Below are positions 18,519 to 27,455 of a stretch of DNA of 64,000 nucleotides, piece by piece (position 1 is the stretch's first letter; the number at the start of each line of letters is the position of its first letter). The position numbers and the translations under genes are program-made. This DNA is from Candidatus Binataceae bacterium. GTDB lineage: Bacteria; Desulfobacterota; Binatia; Binatales; Binataceae. The DNA is taken from contig DASXMJ010000191.1 of the NCBI GenBank assembly GCA_036495685.1, forward strand, positions 64,203-128,202, given 5' to 3'. The notes beneath the pieces are model-generated. The model had not been told where the DNA came from and did not search any database. It saw only the letters and a list, made by a program, of their open reading frames with translations.

Positions 18519-19738
18519 TGGCACCGCTTCCGCTGGAAGGAATCCGCGTGGCCGATTTCAGCTGGATCATCAATGGGCCGCAAATTGCCCAGTGGCTGGC
18601 GACCATGGGCGCCGAAGTGATCAAGATAGAGTCGCAGGTTTATATCGATATTGGTCGCATCAATCCTGCGGGCATGGCGGATGGAAAGCCGGGACCGAAT
18701 CGTAACGGCTTCTACCACATGCTCAACTACGGCAAGAAAGCGATTAACCTGAACCTGGGGACACCGAAAGGCTACGATCTCGCTTGCGACCTGATCCGGA
18801 AAAGCGACCTGGTAATCGAATGCTTTCCACGTCCCGTGTCAGAACGTCTGAATCTGACTTACGCGCGAATCAAGGCGGTCAAACCCGATATCGTGATGAT
18901 TTCGGTGTCGCTGTTGGGTAAGACCGGCACCGAGCCGTCGAGTTGGGTCGGATGGGGCCCGATGGCATGTTGTTTCGCCGGAATGTTCGATGCCCAGGGC
19001 TATCCGGGCGGTCCGCCGCGGCAAACCGGAGGGACCTGGCCTGACTACGCGATCGCTTCGGCGGTGGTGTTCCACACACTCGCCGCGTTGCGCCATAGGA
19101 AGCGTACCGGCGAGGGTCAATGGATAGATGCAAGCATGGGTGAGACCGTCATCAGTCAGATGAACGAATGGTTCATGGACTACTTCATGAACCATCGCGA
19201 CCGCGGGCAGTGGGGGAACCGGGACGCGATGATGGCACCGCACAACACGTACAAGTGCAAGGGCGAGGATCGGTGGATCGCGATTGCCGTCAGCAACGAC
19301 GCCGAATGGAACGCCCTGTGCGCGGTGGCGCTGCATCCCGAGTGGGCGCGCGATGCGAGGTTCGTCGATCGGGCAGCGCGGTTGAATCATCGTGAGGAAA
19401 TCGACGCTCTGCTCCGCGACTGGACGCGTTCCCACGATCATCGCGAACTGGCCGCAACCTTGCAGAGAGTGGGCGTTCCGGCGGGCCCGGTGCTGGACAG
19501 CGTGGAGCTTCATGAAGATAGCCATCTATGGAAATGGGGCTATTGGATGAAGATGGCTCATCATGAGGTTGGCGAGCGAATCATTCCGGGCATGCCGGTG
19601 AAAATGAGCAACGTGCCGGAGCTGAACTACTCGATGCCGCCCGACGTCGGACAGCACAATCGCGAGATTTTCGGTGGGCTGCTCGGCCTTAGCGACGCCG
19701 AAATCCAAACCCTCATGGAGCAGAAGGTCATCTATTGA
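18518..19738 (+). CDS. CoA-transferase family III (CaiB/BaiF) paralog 2.
   Basis: LEGIRVADFSWIINGPQIAQWLATMGAEVIKIE. Start overlaps the upstream stop (ATGA at 18516-18520). Confidence 0.85.
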   Translation: MAPLPLEGIRVADFSWIINGPQIAQWLATMGAEVIKIESQVYIDIGRINPAGMADGKPGPNRNGFYHMLNYGKKAINLNLGTPKGYDLACDLIRKSDLVIECFPRPVSERLNLTYARIKAVKPDIVMISVSLLGKTGTEPSSWVGWGPMACCFAGMFDAQGYPGGPPRQTGGTWPDYAIASAVVFHTLAALRHRKRTGEGQWIDASMGETVISQMNEWFMDYFMNHRDRGQWGNRDAMMAPHNTYKCKGEDRWIAIAVSNDAEWNALCAVALHPEWARDARFVDRAARLNHREEIDALLRDWTRSHDHRELAATLQRVGVPAGPVLDSVELHEDSHLWKWGYWMKMAHHEVGERIIPGMPVKMSNVPELNYSMPPDVGQHNREIFGGLLGLSDAEIQTLMEQKVIY

Positions 19739-20499
19739 ACGCGGGATTTCTCGCAGGCAAGGTGACGCTCGTTACCGGAGCGGGCGGCGGAATTGGTCGG
19801 GCGACGGCAGTGGTCCTGGGGCAGGCGGGCGCCAAGGTCCTGGTCTCGGATGTCTCGACGCGTCGCGGTGAGGAGACCGTCGGTCTGGTCCGGGCTGCTG
19901 GCGCCGAAGCGGAATTCTTCAAGGCCGATGTATCGCGGGCCGCCGAGGTAGAGACTCTGATTACGGCAGCGGTGACGAGATGGGGTCGCCTGGATTGTGC
20001 GCATAACAACGCTGGAATCTCCGGGACCGTGGTGAACGTCGCCGACGACACCGAGGAGAACTGGGACCGCACCCTGGCGGTAGATCTGAAGGGTGTCTGG
20101 CTCTGCATGAAATTTGAGATCAAGCAGATGCTCAAGCAGGGGGGCGGATCGATAGTAAATACTGCCTCGACTGCGGGCCTGCTCGGCGCAGTTCGGATGG
20201 GTGCCTATGCGGCCGCCAAGCATGGCGTGGTTGGCCTAACCCGGACCGCGGCGCTCGAATATGCTCGTTCCAACATCCGGGTAAATGCGATCTGTCCGGG
20301 CGTGGTCGGAACGCCCGTCATCCTCGGGTGGTTTGAGGCCAACGAGCGACTCAAGAAGGCCATGATTGCGCAGGAGCCGATAGGCAGGGTGGGGGAACCG
20401 GAAGAAATCGGCAATGCAGTGGCGTGGCTCTTTTCTGATCGTGCATCGTTCGTCACCGGCGCGGCGATTCCGGTAGACGGCGGCATGACCGCGCAGTAG
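19735..20499 (+). CDS. SDR family oxidoreductase.
   Basis: TGAGGGIG Rossmann motif, NNAG and catalytic YxxxK region. TTG start overlaps the upstream stop. Confidence 0.85.
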   Translation: MNAGFLAGKVTLVTGAGGGIGRATAVVLGQAGAKVLVSDVSTRRGEETVGLVRAAGAEAEFFKADVSRAAEVETLITAAVTRWGRLDCAHNNAGISGTVVNVADDTEENWDRTLAVDLKGVWLCMKFEIKQMLKQGGGSIVNTASTAGLLGAVRMGAYAAAKHGVVGLTRTAALEYARSNIRVNAICPGVVGTPVILGWFEANERLKKAMIAQEPIGRVGEPEEIGNAVAWLFSDRASFVTGAAIPVDGGMTAQ

Positions 20500-20534
20500 A
20501 TCGCCCCACATAGTTCAGTACTCTAAGCTGAGCT

Positions 20535-21642
20535 ATGCCGCAGTTCATTCCGGGCATCCAGCTCAACCAGCTCTTCTATAACGAGGCGGTGGAGCCTGTC
20601 TTGGCTTCCGCATTCCCGGGGCTGCGTTATTCCGCGGCACTAATCGGCTACGGATCCGACGTGCTTGGTTTTGATTCGGCGCGTTCCACCGATCACGAGT
20701 GGGGGCCGCGCCTGGTGATCTTCCTTGCCGAGAACGAGCGCGAGGCGGTGGGCCCTTCCATCGACGAAGTTCTCTCGACCCGTCTTCCAGTTGAATTTCG
20801 AGGCTATCCCACCCAACTTCACGAAGCCCGATGAGAATCGGGTCCGAATCATGACGTCCGCTGAAACGGATAAGGTACAGCATCACGTTTATCTTCATAG
20901 CCTGCGCGAGTTCGTCGGACGCTATTTGGGCGTGGTCCCGGACGCCGCGTTCTCCAATATCGACTGGCTGCTGATGTATCAAAACACGCTGTTGGAACTC
21001 ACCGCTGGGGCCGTCTATCACGATGGCCTCGAGGAACTGATCCCGTTACGCGAGCGGCTAAAGTGGTATCCACGCGAGGTCTGGCTGTACATGCTCGCAT
21101 CGCAATGGATTCGCCTTGCCCAGGAAGAGCACTTTCCCAGCCGATGCGGTGAAGACGGCGATGAAGTCGGGTCGCGCATCAATGCGGCGCGATTGGTCCG
21201 CGACGTCATGCGCTTGTGCTTTCTGCTCGAACGCCGATACGCCCCCTACAGTAAATGGCTCGGTACCGCCTTTGCGCGTCTGAATTGCGCGCGTGAAATC
21301 GAGCCTCTGTTGCACGCCGCGCTCGCCGACGACTCCTGGCCAGGCCGCGAACGGCACCTGTGCGCCGCTTATGAGGCGGTTGCACGCATGCACAACGTGA
21401 TGGGTATCTTTGCACGACTGGATGGCGGCACCATGTCTTTCCGCCAACGGCCCTATCGAGTACTCGGCGCCGGACGATTCGCGAAAGTGGTCAGCGATGA
21501 GATCCGCGACCCGCAGTTGCGGAAGATTTACGAGAGCGTAGGCCCGATAGGTTCGATCGATCAATTTGCGGACAGCACCAACCTTCTTATGCGCTCCGAC
21601 CTCCGCACCCGTCTTCGAGTGCTATTCGAAAGGGTCGGTTGA
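20535..21642 (+). pseudogene. Nucleotidyltransferase-fold, DUF4037-like protein interrupted by a +1 frameshift near 20805-20820.
   Basis: ORF 20535..20834 (GYGSDVLGFD...STDHEWGPR, an NTase-fold GS..D.D-type motif) continues in the +1 frame as ORF 20725..21642. The two frames abut at ...LPVEFRGYPT / NFTKPDENRV within the homopolymer-rich run cccacccaacttc. This is either an assembly indel or a genuine pseudogene. Confidence 0.5.
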
Positions 21643-21700
21643 AGCTTTGTTGCAAGCCTGCATGCCAAACGCCGCGGGGTGGGCGGTCTTGAACCGATAT

Positions 21701-21719
21701 CTGATTCAAATGGAATCAG
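21701..21719. other. Perfect hairpin CTGATTC-aaatg-GAATCAG in the 266-bp htrA leader, nested in a longer imperfect palindrome (GCATGCC...GGCATGC).
   Basis: Seen directly. 7-bp stem with a 5-nt loop, flanked by GCATGCCAAACGCCGC / GCGGTTTGCGGCATGC arms (21660-21750). Confidence 0.3.
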
Positions 21720-21908
21720 TTTGCGGTTTGCGGCATGCTTTAAGCGGGCGAGGACGCCCGGATCCGGGAGGCGGCCCTGTAGATCTTGGCGAAATCGTGA
21801 GTATCTTTAGGCTGGGACGCTGAATTTAGACCCTCTTCTAATCGTCAGTAATTCAAGGACTGCGGCATCTGGTATGCTGGCTGGTCCGAGGCGTTTCAGG
21901 AGGCACAG

Positions 21909-23489
21909 ATGGTTAAGAAAATCGCTGCCGTACTCGGCGGCGTGTTGTTGGGGCTGACTATCGCGTTTGCACGCGCGGGGGCATTTCCATTCTGGGGATC
22001 CAGCGATAAAGGGGAGGCGCAGGCCGATAGTTCTGCGCCGCACGCTGTTTCGTCACCCCTGATTGCGCCGGCACCAGCCGCGCCAAACTCACCCGAGCCC
22101 AATGAACGCAGTGGCGTAGTGGGCTCCTTCGCACCGTTGGTGAAACACGTATGGCCGACGGTCGTGAGCGTACGGGTGGTCCAGGACGTAAAGTCATCCG
22201 GGATGGCGATGGCGCCTTTCGGAGAGGGCGATGAGGGTGGTGGCGGCGGTGACGAAGGAATGGGCCCCCCTCCCGGTGGCGATCCCTTCGAACAGTTCCG
22301 CCGATTCTTTGGCCAGATACCCAAGGAATACAAGCAACGTGGGCTCGGCTCAGGCGTGATCATTTCACCCGACGGCTACATCCTGACCAACAACCACGTG
22401 GTTGGTGCCGCCGACGAAATCAAGGTCACACTCAGCGACAAACGGGAATTCAGTGCGAAGGTCATCGGCAAGGATCAGAAGACCGACCTCGCCCTGATCA
22501 AGATCAGCACGAAAGACGCGCTGCCCAGTGCGCTGCTGGGAGATTCCGACAAGACTGAAATCGGCGATTGGGTCATCGCCATCGGAAATCCTTTTGACGT
22601 CGGCATGACGGTCACCGCCGGTATCGTGAGTGCCAAGGGTAAGATCCTCGGTGGCAACTATGACGACTACCTTCAGACCGATGCCTCGATTAACCCGGGC
22701 AACTCGGGTGGGCCATTGTTCAATACCGACGGCCAGGTGATCGGAATTAACACCCTCATCTACACGCGCACCGGCGCCAACAACGGCATCGGCTTCGCCA
22801 TCCCCATCGATCTGGCCCGCAACGTTGTGGAGCAGCTCAAGGCGCACGGACGGGTCGTTCGCGGCTGGCTGGGTGTCGAGATTCAAGAGGTGACCGCGGA
22901 TCTCGCGCAATCGTTCGGACTGAGTAAGCCCGAAGGTGCACTGGTTGCAGCCGTCGACAAGAGCAGCCCAGCCGACAAGGCCGGCATTGAGCGTGGCGAC
23001 ATCGTCATCAAGTTCAACGGTAAAGATGTCCACGACGAGCACGAGCTGCCGACCTATGTTGCGCAGACTCCGATAAACAAGACCGTCGATGTTATCGTGC
23101 TGCGTAACGGCAAACCTAAAACGCTGCAGGTAACCATCGCCGAGCTGAAGGAGCAGGATGTCGCCAGCGCCAAAAGCCAGGAGCCAGGTGGCGACTGGGG
23201 TATGAAGGTTGGTGACATCACTCCGGAGCTCGCGCAGCAGTTCCATCTCAACGCGGGAAAAGGAGTGGTTGTGCGTGGCGTCCAGCCGGATAGCCCCGCT
23301 GCGGAGGCGGGATTGCAGCCGGGCGACCTGATTCTCGAGGTCGGCTCTAACAAGGTTGCTGACGTAAAGGACTTCATAGAGAAGGCGAAGGATGCCAAGA
23401 GCAGCAAGAAGCCGACGCGCATCCTGCTCCAACGCGGGAGCGCCACTCTCTACGTGGTGGTGAAGCCGGCTGAAGAAGGCCAGGGCTAA
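21909..23489 (+). CDS. htrA: Periplasmic serine endoprotease DegP/HtrA family (trypsin-like domain + two PDZ domains).
   Basis: Catalytic-triad regions (TNNHVV, DLALIKI, GNSGGPL). Gly/Glu-rich linker. Two PDZ segments. Signal peptide present. Confidence 0.9.
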   Translation: MVKKIAAVLGGVLLGLTIAFARAGAFPFWGSSDKGEAQADSSAPHAVSSPLIAPAPAAPNSPEPNERSGVVGSFAPLVKHVWPTVVSVRVVQDVKSSGMAMAPFGEGDEGGGGGDEGMGPPPGGDPFEQFRRFFGQIPKEYKQRGLGSGVIISPDGYILTNNHVVGAADEIKVTLSDKREFSAKVIGKDQKTDLALIKISTKDALPSALLGDSDKTEIGDWVIAIGNPFDVGMTVTAGIVSAKGKILGGNYDDYLQTDASINPGNSGGPLFNTDGQVIGINTLIYTRTGANNGIGFAIPIDLARNVVEQLKAHGRVVRGWLGVEIQEVTADLAQSFGLSKPEGALVAAVDKSSPADKAGIERGDIVIKFNGKDVHDEHELPTYVAQTPINKTVDVIVLRNGKPKTLQVTIAELKEQDVASAKSQEPGGDWGMKVGDITPELAQQFHLNAGKGVVVRGVQPDSPAAEAGLQPGDLILEVGSNKVADVKDFIEKAKDAKSSKKPTRILLQRGSATLYVVVKPAEEGQG

Positions 23490-23662
23490 ACCATCTTTCC
23501 CCACGAGCTCACGCACGGCGTGGCGGAATTTTCCGCCACGCCGTGCGTCTTTTCTGGTTAACCCTTGGTGGCGGGGACCGCATCCCGAGGCGCGCTCACG
23601 CCCGACCTCTGGCTCTTTCCCGCGAGAGCATCGACAGCTAGCGTCGAAGGTCGGTGCGCACG

Positions 23663-24895
23663 ATGCGGCCAACGCGCAAATGCGAGGTTTTGATCGCCGG
23701 AGCCGGGCCGGCCGGGCTTGCCACCGCCCTTTATTTGATCAAGTCGCGCCCCAACCTGCGCGGCCGAGTGGTGGCATTGGAGAAGTCCTGCCATCCACGC
23801 TTCAAGACTTGCGCGGGAGGCCTGATTCCGAAGGCCAGGTTGGCGCTGCAGGAGTTGGGCATTGCGCTCGACGTCCCTTCGGTTACGGTCCAGAGCAGCC
23901 GAGCGCGAACGGTCGTCGGCGATGCGATTGTCCATCGCGATGAGCCGGTCGGAACGGTAGTGAGGCGCGATCAATTCGATGCGTTGCTGGCGCGGCAGGC
24001 GCGCGCGGCGGGGCTCGAGATCGTGGAACATTGTCGGGTGGTCGACGTCGCGCAGAAGCGCGGCTTGGTGCAGGTAGTTAGCGAACGCGGGAACTTCGAG
24101 GCCCGCGTACTGGTCGGTGCCGATGGCTCGGGTAGCGCCGTCCGCCGAAGCACTTTTGGCCACGACAAGACCACCATCGGGCGCGCGCTGATGACCGACA
24201 TCGAAGTTGATGCAAAGGCGGCGGTTGAGTTCGCCGCGCAATGCTACCGCTTCGACTTTCGTTGCGTCGGTGTCGGCATAAAGGGTTACGCGTGGTCGTT
24301 TCCTTGTTTGATCGAGGGGCGGCCACATCTGAACGTCGGCATCTATGATCAACACCCGCGCGCCTCGCGGGCTTCTGGCGGCGAGCACGCGGCGCTGCTG
24401 GGCGAGCTTAAGCGCGCGTTCCCCGAGCTTCCACTTGAGCACCTTCAGGGTCGGGGCGGAAACTTCCGGGCCGCGCCAATTCGCTGGTTTGACCGGCGTG
24501 ATCGCTATGCGAAGGGAAGCGTCATTCTGGCGGGAGATGCCGCAGGAGTTGACCCGCTGATGGGTGAGGGCATCTCGTGCGCTTTTGAACACGGCAAGGC
24601 GGCGGCAGGGGCAATCGGCCAATTCCTTGATGACGATCCGGTGGCGTTCACGCGATATGACCGCGAGCTCCACCGCGGTGTCACGGGGCGCAAACTTCGC
24701 AAGCTCGCGTTTGCAGCCCGTCATTTCTATGGCCCGCACCATCGAACCTTCTTTCGCCTTTCGCGCCTAAGCCGACGCGCGCAAGAAATCGGGTTGGATT
24801 GGTACAATGGCGCGCGCCGCTGTGATGAACTCTCGACGGCGGTCCTGGTGCTGCGCTGGACTGGTTCTGTTCTGTTCGGCGCTTCGGTAAACTGA
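23663..24895 (+). CDS. FAD-dependent oxidoreductase, geranylgeranyl-reductase family.
   Basis: CEVLIAGAGPAGLATALYL dinucleotide-binding motif, and a GD-motif region (ILAGDAAG) typical of GGR/FixC-like flavoproteins. Confidence 0.75.
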   Translation: MRPTRKCEVLIAGAGPAGLATALYLIKSRPNLRGRVVALEKSCHPRFKTCAGGLIPKARLALQELGIALDVPSVTVQSSRARTVVGDAIVHRDEPVGTVVRRDQFDALLARQARAAGLEIVEHCRVVDVAQKRGLVQVVSERGNFEARVLVGADGSGSAVRRSTFGHDKTTIGRALMTDIEVDAKAAVEFAAQCYRFDFRCVGVGIKGYAWSFPCLIEGRPHLNVGIYDQHPRASRASGGEHAALLGELKRAFPELPLEHLQGRGGNFRAAPIRWFDRRDRYAKGSVILAGDAAGVDPLMGEGISCAFEHGKAAAGAIGQFLDDDPVAFTRYDRELHRGVTGRKLRKLAFAARHFYGPHHRTFFRLSRLSRRAQEIGLDWYNGARRCDELSTAVLVLRWTGSVLFGASVN

Positions 24896-24903
24896 CTCGA
24901 AAA

Positions 24904-25275
24904 ATGGACGTGGTGAGGGGCGGTGGATTTTTTCCCGCGTGTGAACTAGTGGCCAAGAGGAAGCGGAAACGGCGGGGGCGAAGGACACTGCTCATCATCG
25001 CGATTGCGCTTCTGATCGCAGGCTTCGTCATTCGCCGTACCTTGGTTCCGCAGGTTCTGCACTACCTCGCGTACCGCCCCGGGGAAAATCCCACCACCCC
25101 CGTGGGCACCGCCTCGCCGTCGGAGCAGGTCAGCTCTCAACCTCCGCCTGCCGCGCCATCGGCGGCGGCGGCCGCCACACCTGCCGCGCGTAAGACTACT
25201 CCCGCGCCCAGCGAGCATCTCACCGAGAGCGACCGACAGCAGCTCGAAGACATCCTCAAGCGCAGGAGCCGGTAA
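24904..25275 (+). CDS. Small hypothetical membrane-anchored Pro/Ala-rich protein.
   Basis: Basic N-terminus, one TM helix (TLLIIAIALLIAGFVI), then a low-complexity Pro/Ala/Ser-rich tail. No homology recognised. Confidence 0.4.
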   Translation: MDVVRGGGFFPACELVAKRKRKRRGRRTLLIIAIALLIAGFVIRRTLVPQVLHYLAYRPGENPTTPVGTASPSEQVSSQPPPAAPSAAAAATPAARKTTPAPSEHLTESDRQQLEDILKRRSR

Positions 25276-25282
25276 CCTCCCG

Positions 25283-26116
25283 ATGCCGCATGTGCAGGTA
25301 ATAGACGACCTCGGCTTTAAGGTGGACCTGGCGAGCTCGCCTGGCAGGATTATTTCGCTGGTGCCCAGTTGGACCGAGACCCTCTTCGCTCTGGGACTCG
25401 GTGAGCGGGTGGTCGGGGCCACGAAATTTTGCGTGGAGCCAGCGGAGCGAGTCGAGTCGATCAGAAAAGTCGGGGGCACCAAGAACCCCGACTTGCGCAC
25501 CATCGCTACGCTGGCGCCCGACCTCATAATCGCGAATGCGGAGGAGAATCGACGTGAAGACGTGGAGCGCATGCGCACGCAGGGGTTCCCGGTTCTGATC
25601 ACCTATCCGCGCACGGTGCCTGCCGCGGTCGAGTCGTTACTCAAGATCGGTCGAGTCGCGGGGTGCGAAGCGGAGGCTGACGCGATGGCGCGCGAGATCA
25701 CCCGCACCGTCAGCGAAGTCGAAGCGGATGTGGGCGTGTGGGCCAAGCTTCGGCTGCGCGCCTTTTGCCCGATCTGGAAGAAGCCGTGGATGGCGTTCAA
25801 CGCCGATACCTATGCGCACGATGTCCTTCGCATGATGGGATTCAATAACGTCTACGCGGCGGCCGGCGAGCGTTATCCAGCGACCACGCTCGACGAAGCA
25901 ATCGAACTGCGGCCGAACGTGGTGCTTCTGCCAGACGAACCCTATGAATTCAGCGACAAGGACGTCGACGAACTGCGTACGGTCCTGCCGCCCGGTCTCG
26001 CACGTCGGGTACTGACAATCAGCGGTCGAGACCTGCACTGGTACGGCGTCCATATGGTGAGCGGCCTAAAGTCGCTTGCCCAGCGGTTGGCGAGAGTCCG
26101 TGCGGCAGTGCTTTAG
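25283..26116 (+). CDS. BtuF/TroA-like (cobalamin / Fe-siderophore type, cluster A) ABC substrate-binding protein. Orphan, with no obvious signal peptide.
   Basis: RIISLVPSWTETLFALGLGERVVGATKFC and DLIIANAEEN motifs are typical of class III periplasmic binding proteins. No permease or ATPase partner lies nearby. Confidence 0.65.
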   Translation: MPHVQVIDDLGFKVDLASSPGRIISLVPSWTETLFALGLGERVVGATKFCVEPAERVESIRKVGGTKNPDLRTIATLAPDLIIANAEENRREDVERMRTQGFPVLITYPRTVPAAVESLLKIGRVAGCEAEADAMAREITRTVSEVEADVGVWAKLRLRAFCPIWKKPWMAFNADTYAHDVLRMMGFNNVYAAAGERYPATTLDEAIELRPNVVLLPDEPYEFSDKDVDELRTVLPPGLARRVLTISGRDLHWYGVHMVSGLKSLAQRLARVRAAVL

Positions 26117-26232
26117 GGGCGAGTCGAAAAAGCGACCGGAGCGCAATTTGCGCGCGTTGCACAAACCCACTAAATCAAATTCCTAGCAGCCGCCGCTTGG
26201 CTCGCCCAGGCCTTCGCGTAGGAGACATCACG

Positions 26233-27438
26233 ATGCCACAACCGCCGCTTGCCGGAATCAAGGTGCTCGATCTGACCAAGCTTGCGCCGGGCCCTTTTTG
26301 TACGATGATTCTTGGCGACCTCGGCGCCGACGTAATCAAGATCGAGGAACCGGGTCCCCCCACCGGGCGGCGCGCCGAGCAAGCAGGCAAGGCAGGCACC
26401 GAGGGTCCCGGCGCGCCCTTCAGCGGTTCGCCGTTCAACGCGCTCAATCGCAACAAGAAATCCATCGGGCTCAACCTGAAGAGCGGACCGGGCAAGGAAG
26501 TGTTTCGGCGCATGGTTCAGCGCGCCGACGTACTGGTGCAGGAGTATCGGCCCGGCGTGGCTGAACGCCTGGGAATCGGCTACGAGCAGATGTCGGTTCG
26601 CAACGACCGATTGATCTACTGCGCCATAACTGGCTACGGACAGGACGGTCCATACCGCAACCTGGTGGGTCACGACCTCAACTACATCGCCACCGCGGGA
26701 GTCCTTTCCATCGTCGGAAGAGCGGGCCAGTTGCCGACCATCCCGCACAACCTGATCGCCGACTACGCGGGGGGCGGCATGCACGCCGTGATTGGAATCC
26801 TGGCCGCGCTGGTCGCGCGCACTCAGACCGGCCGCGGGCAGTATGTCGACATCTCGATGATGGATGGTTCGATGGCGCTCATGGCGCAGTCGTTCGCGAG
26901 CTTCTTTGCCAACGGGAGGTTGCCCGCCCGCGGCGAGACCCCGCTCGACGGGGCAATTCCCAACTACAATCTGTACGAGACCAAAGACGGCAAGATCATC
27001 ACCATCGGCGCCATCGAGCCGTGGTTTTTTGCGAATCTTTGCCGCGCGCTCGGACGCGAGGATCTGGTCGAGCACGAATACAATTCCGCGCGGCGCGCGG
27101 AGATCCAGGAATCATTCAGAGCCATCTTTCGGACCAAGACGCGCGACGAATGGTTCGAGATTCTGAGTCGGACCGACGTATGCGTCGGCAAGATGAACAC
27201 CCTGGACGAAGTTGAGGCCGACCCCCAGGTTCAAGCGCGCAAAATGATCGTCGAACTGGATACGCTCGAGGGCCGCAAGGTGAAGCAGGTGGGCATTTCA
27301 GTAAAGCTATCGGAGACCCCAGGCTCGATTCGATCGCTGGCGCCGACCTTGGGACAGCACACCGAGGAAGTCATGCACGGACTCGGATACTCGGACGAGC
27401 AGATCGAAAAGTGGCGTGCCGACGGTTCGGTAAAGTGA
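26233..27438 (+). CDS. CoA-transferase family III (CaiB/BaiF) paralog 3.
   Basis: LAGIKVLDLTKLAPGPFCTMILGDLGADVIKIEEPG. RBS GGAGAC upstream of ATG 26233. Confidence 0.8.
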   Translation: MPQPPLAGIKVLDLTKLAPGPFCTMILGDLGADVIKIEEPGPPTGRRAEQAGKAGTEGPGAPFSGSPFNALNRNKKSIGLNLKSGPGKEVFRRMVQRADVLVQEYRPGVAERLGIGYEQMSVRNDRLIYCAITGYGQDGPYRNLVGHDLNYIATAGVLSIVGRAGQLPTIPHNLIADYAGGGMHAVIGILAALVARTQTGRGQYVDISMMDGSMALMAQSFASFFANGRLPARGETPLDGAIPNYNLYETKDGKIITIGAIEPWFFANLCRALGREDLVEHEYNSARRAEIQESFRAIFRTKTRDEWFEILSRTDVCVGKMNTLDEVEADPQVQARKMIVELDTLEGRKVKQVGISVKLSETPGSIRSLAPTLGQHTEEVMHGLGYSDEQIEKWRADGSVK

Positions 27439-27455
27439 GACGACGGGAGCAGGTC

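Noticed and set aside
22365-23672. 435-aa minus-strand ORF.
   Set aside because: Fully antisense to the htrA/degP gene, whose catalytic triad and PDZ motifs are unmistakable. Arg/Val-rich composition is typical of antisense frames in high-GC DNA.
23558-24742. 394-aa minus-strand ORF.
   Set aside because: Antisense to the FAD-dependent oxidoreductase, which carries a clear GxGxxG dinucleotide-binding motif. No recognisable domain in the antisense frame.
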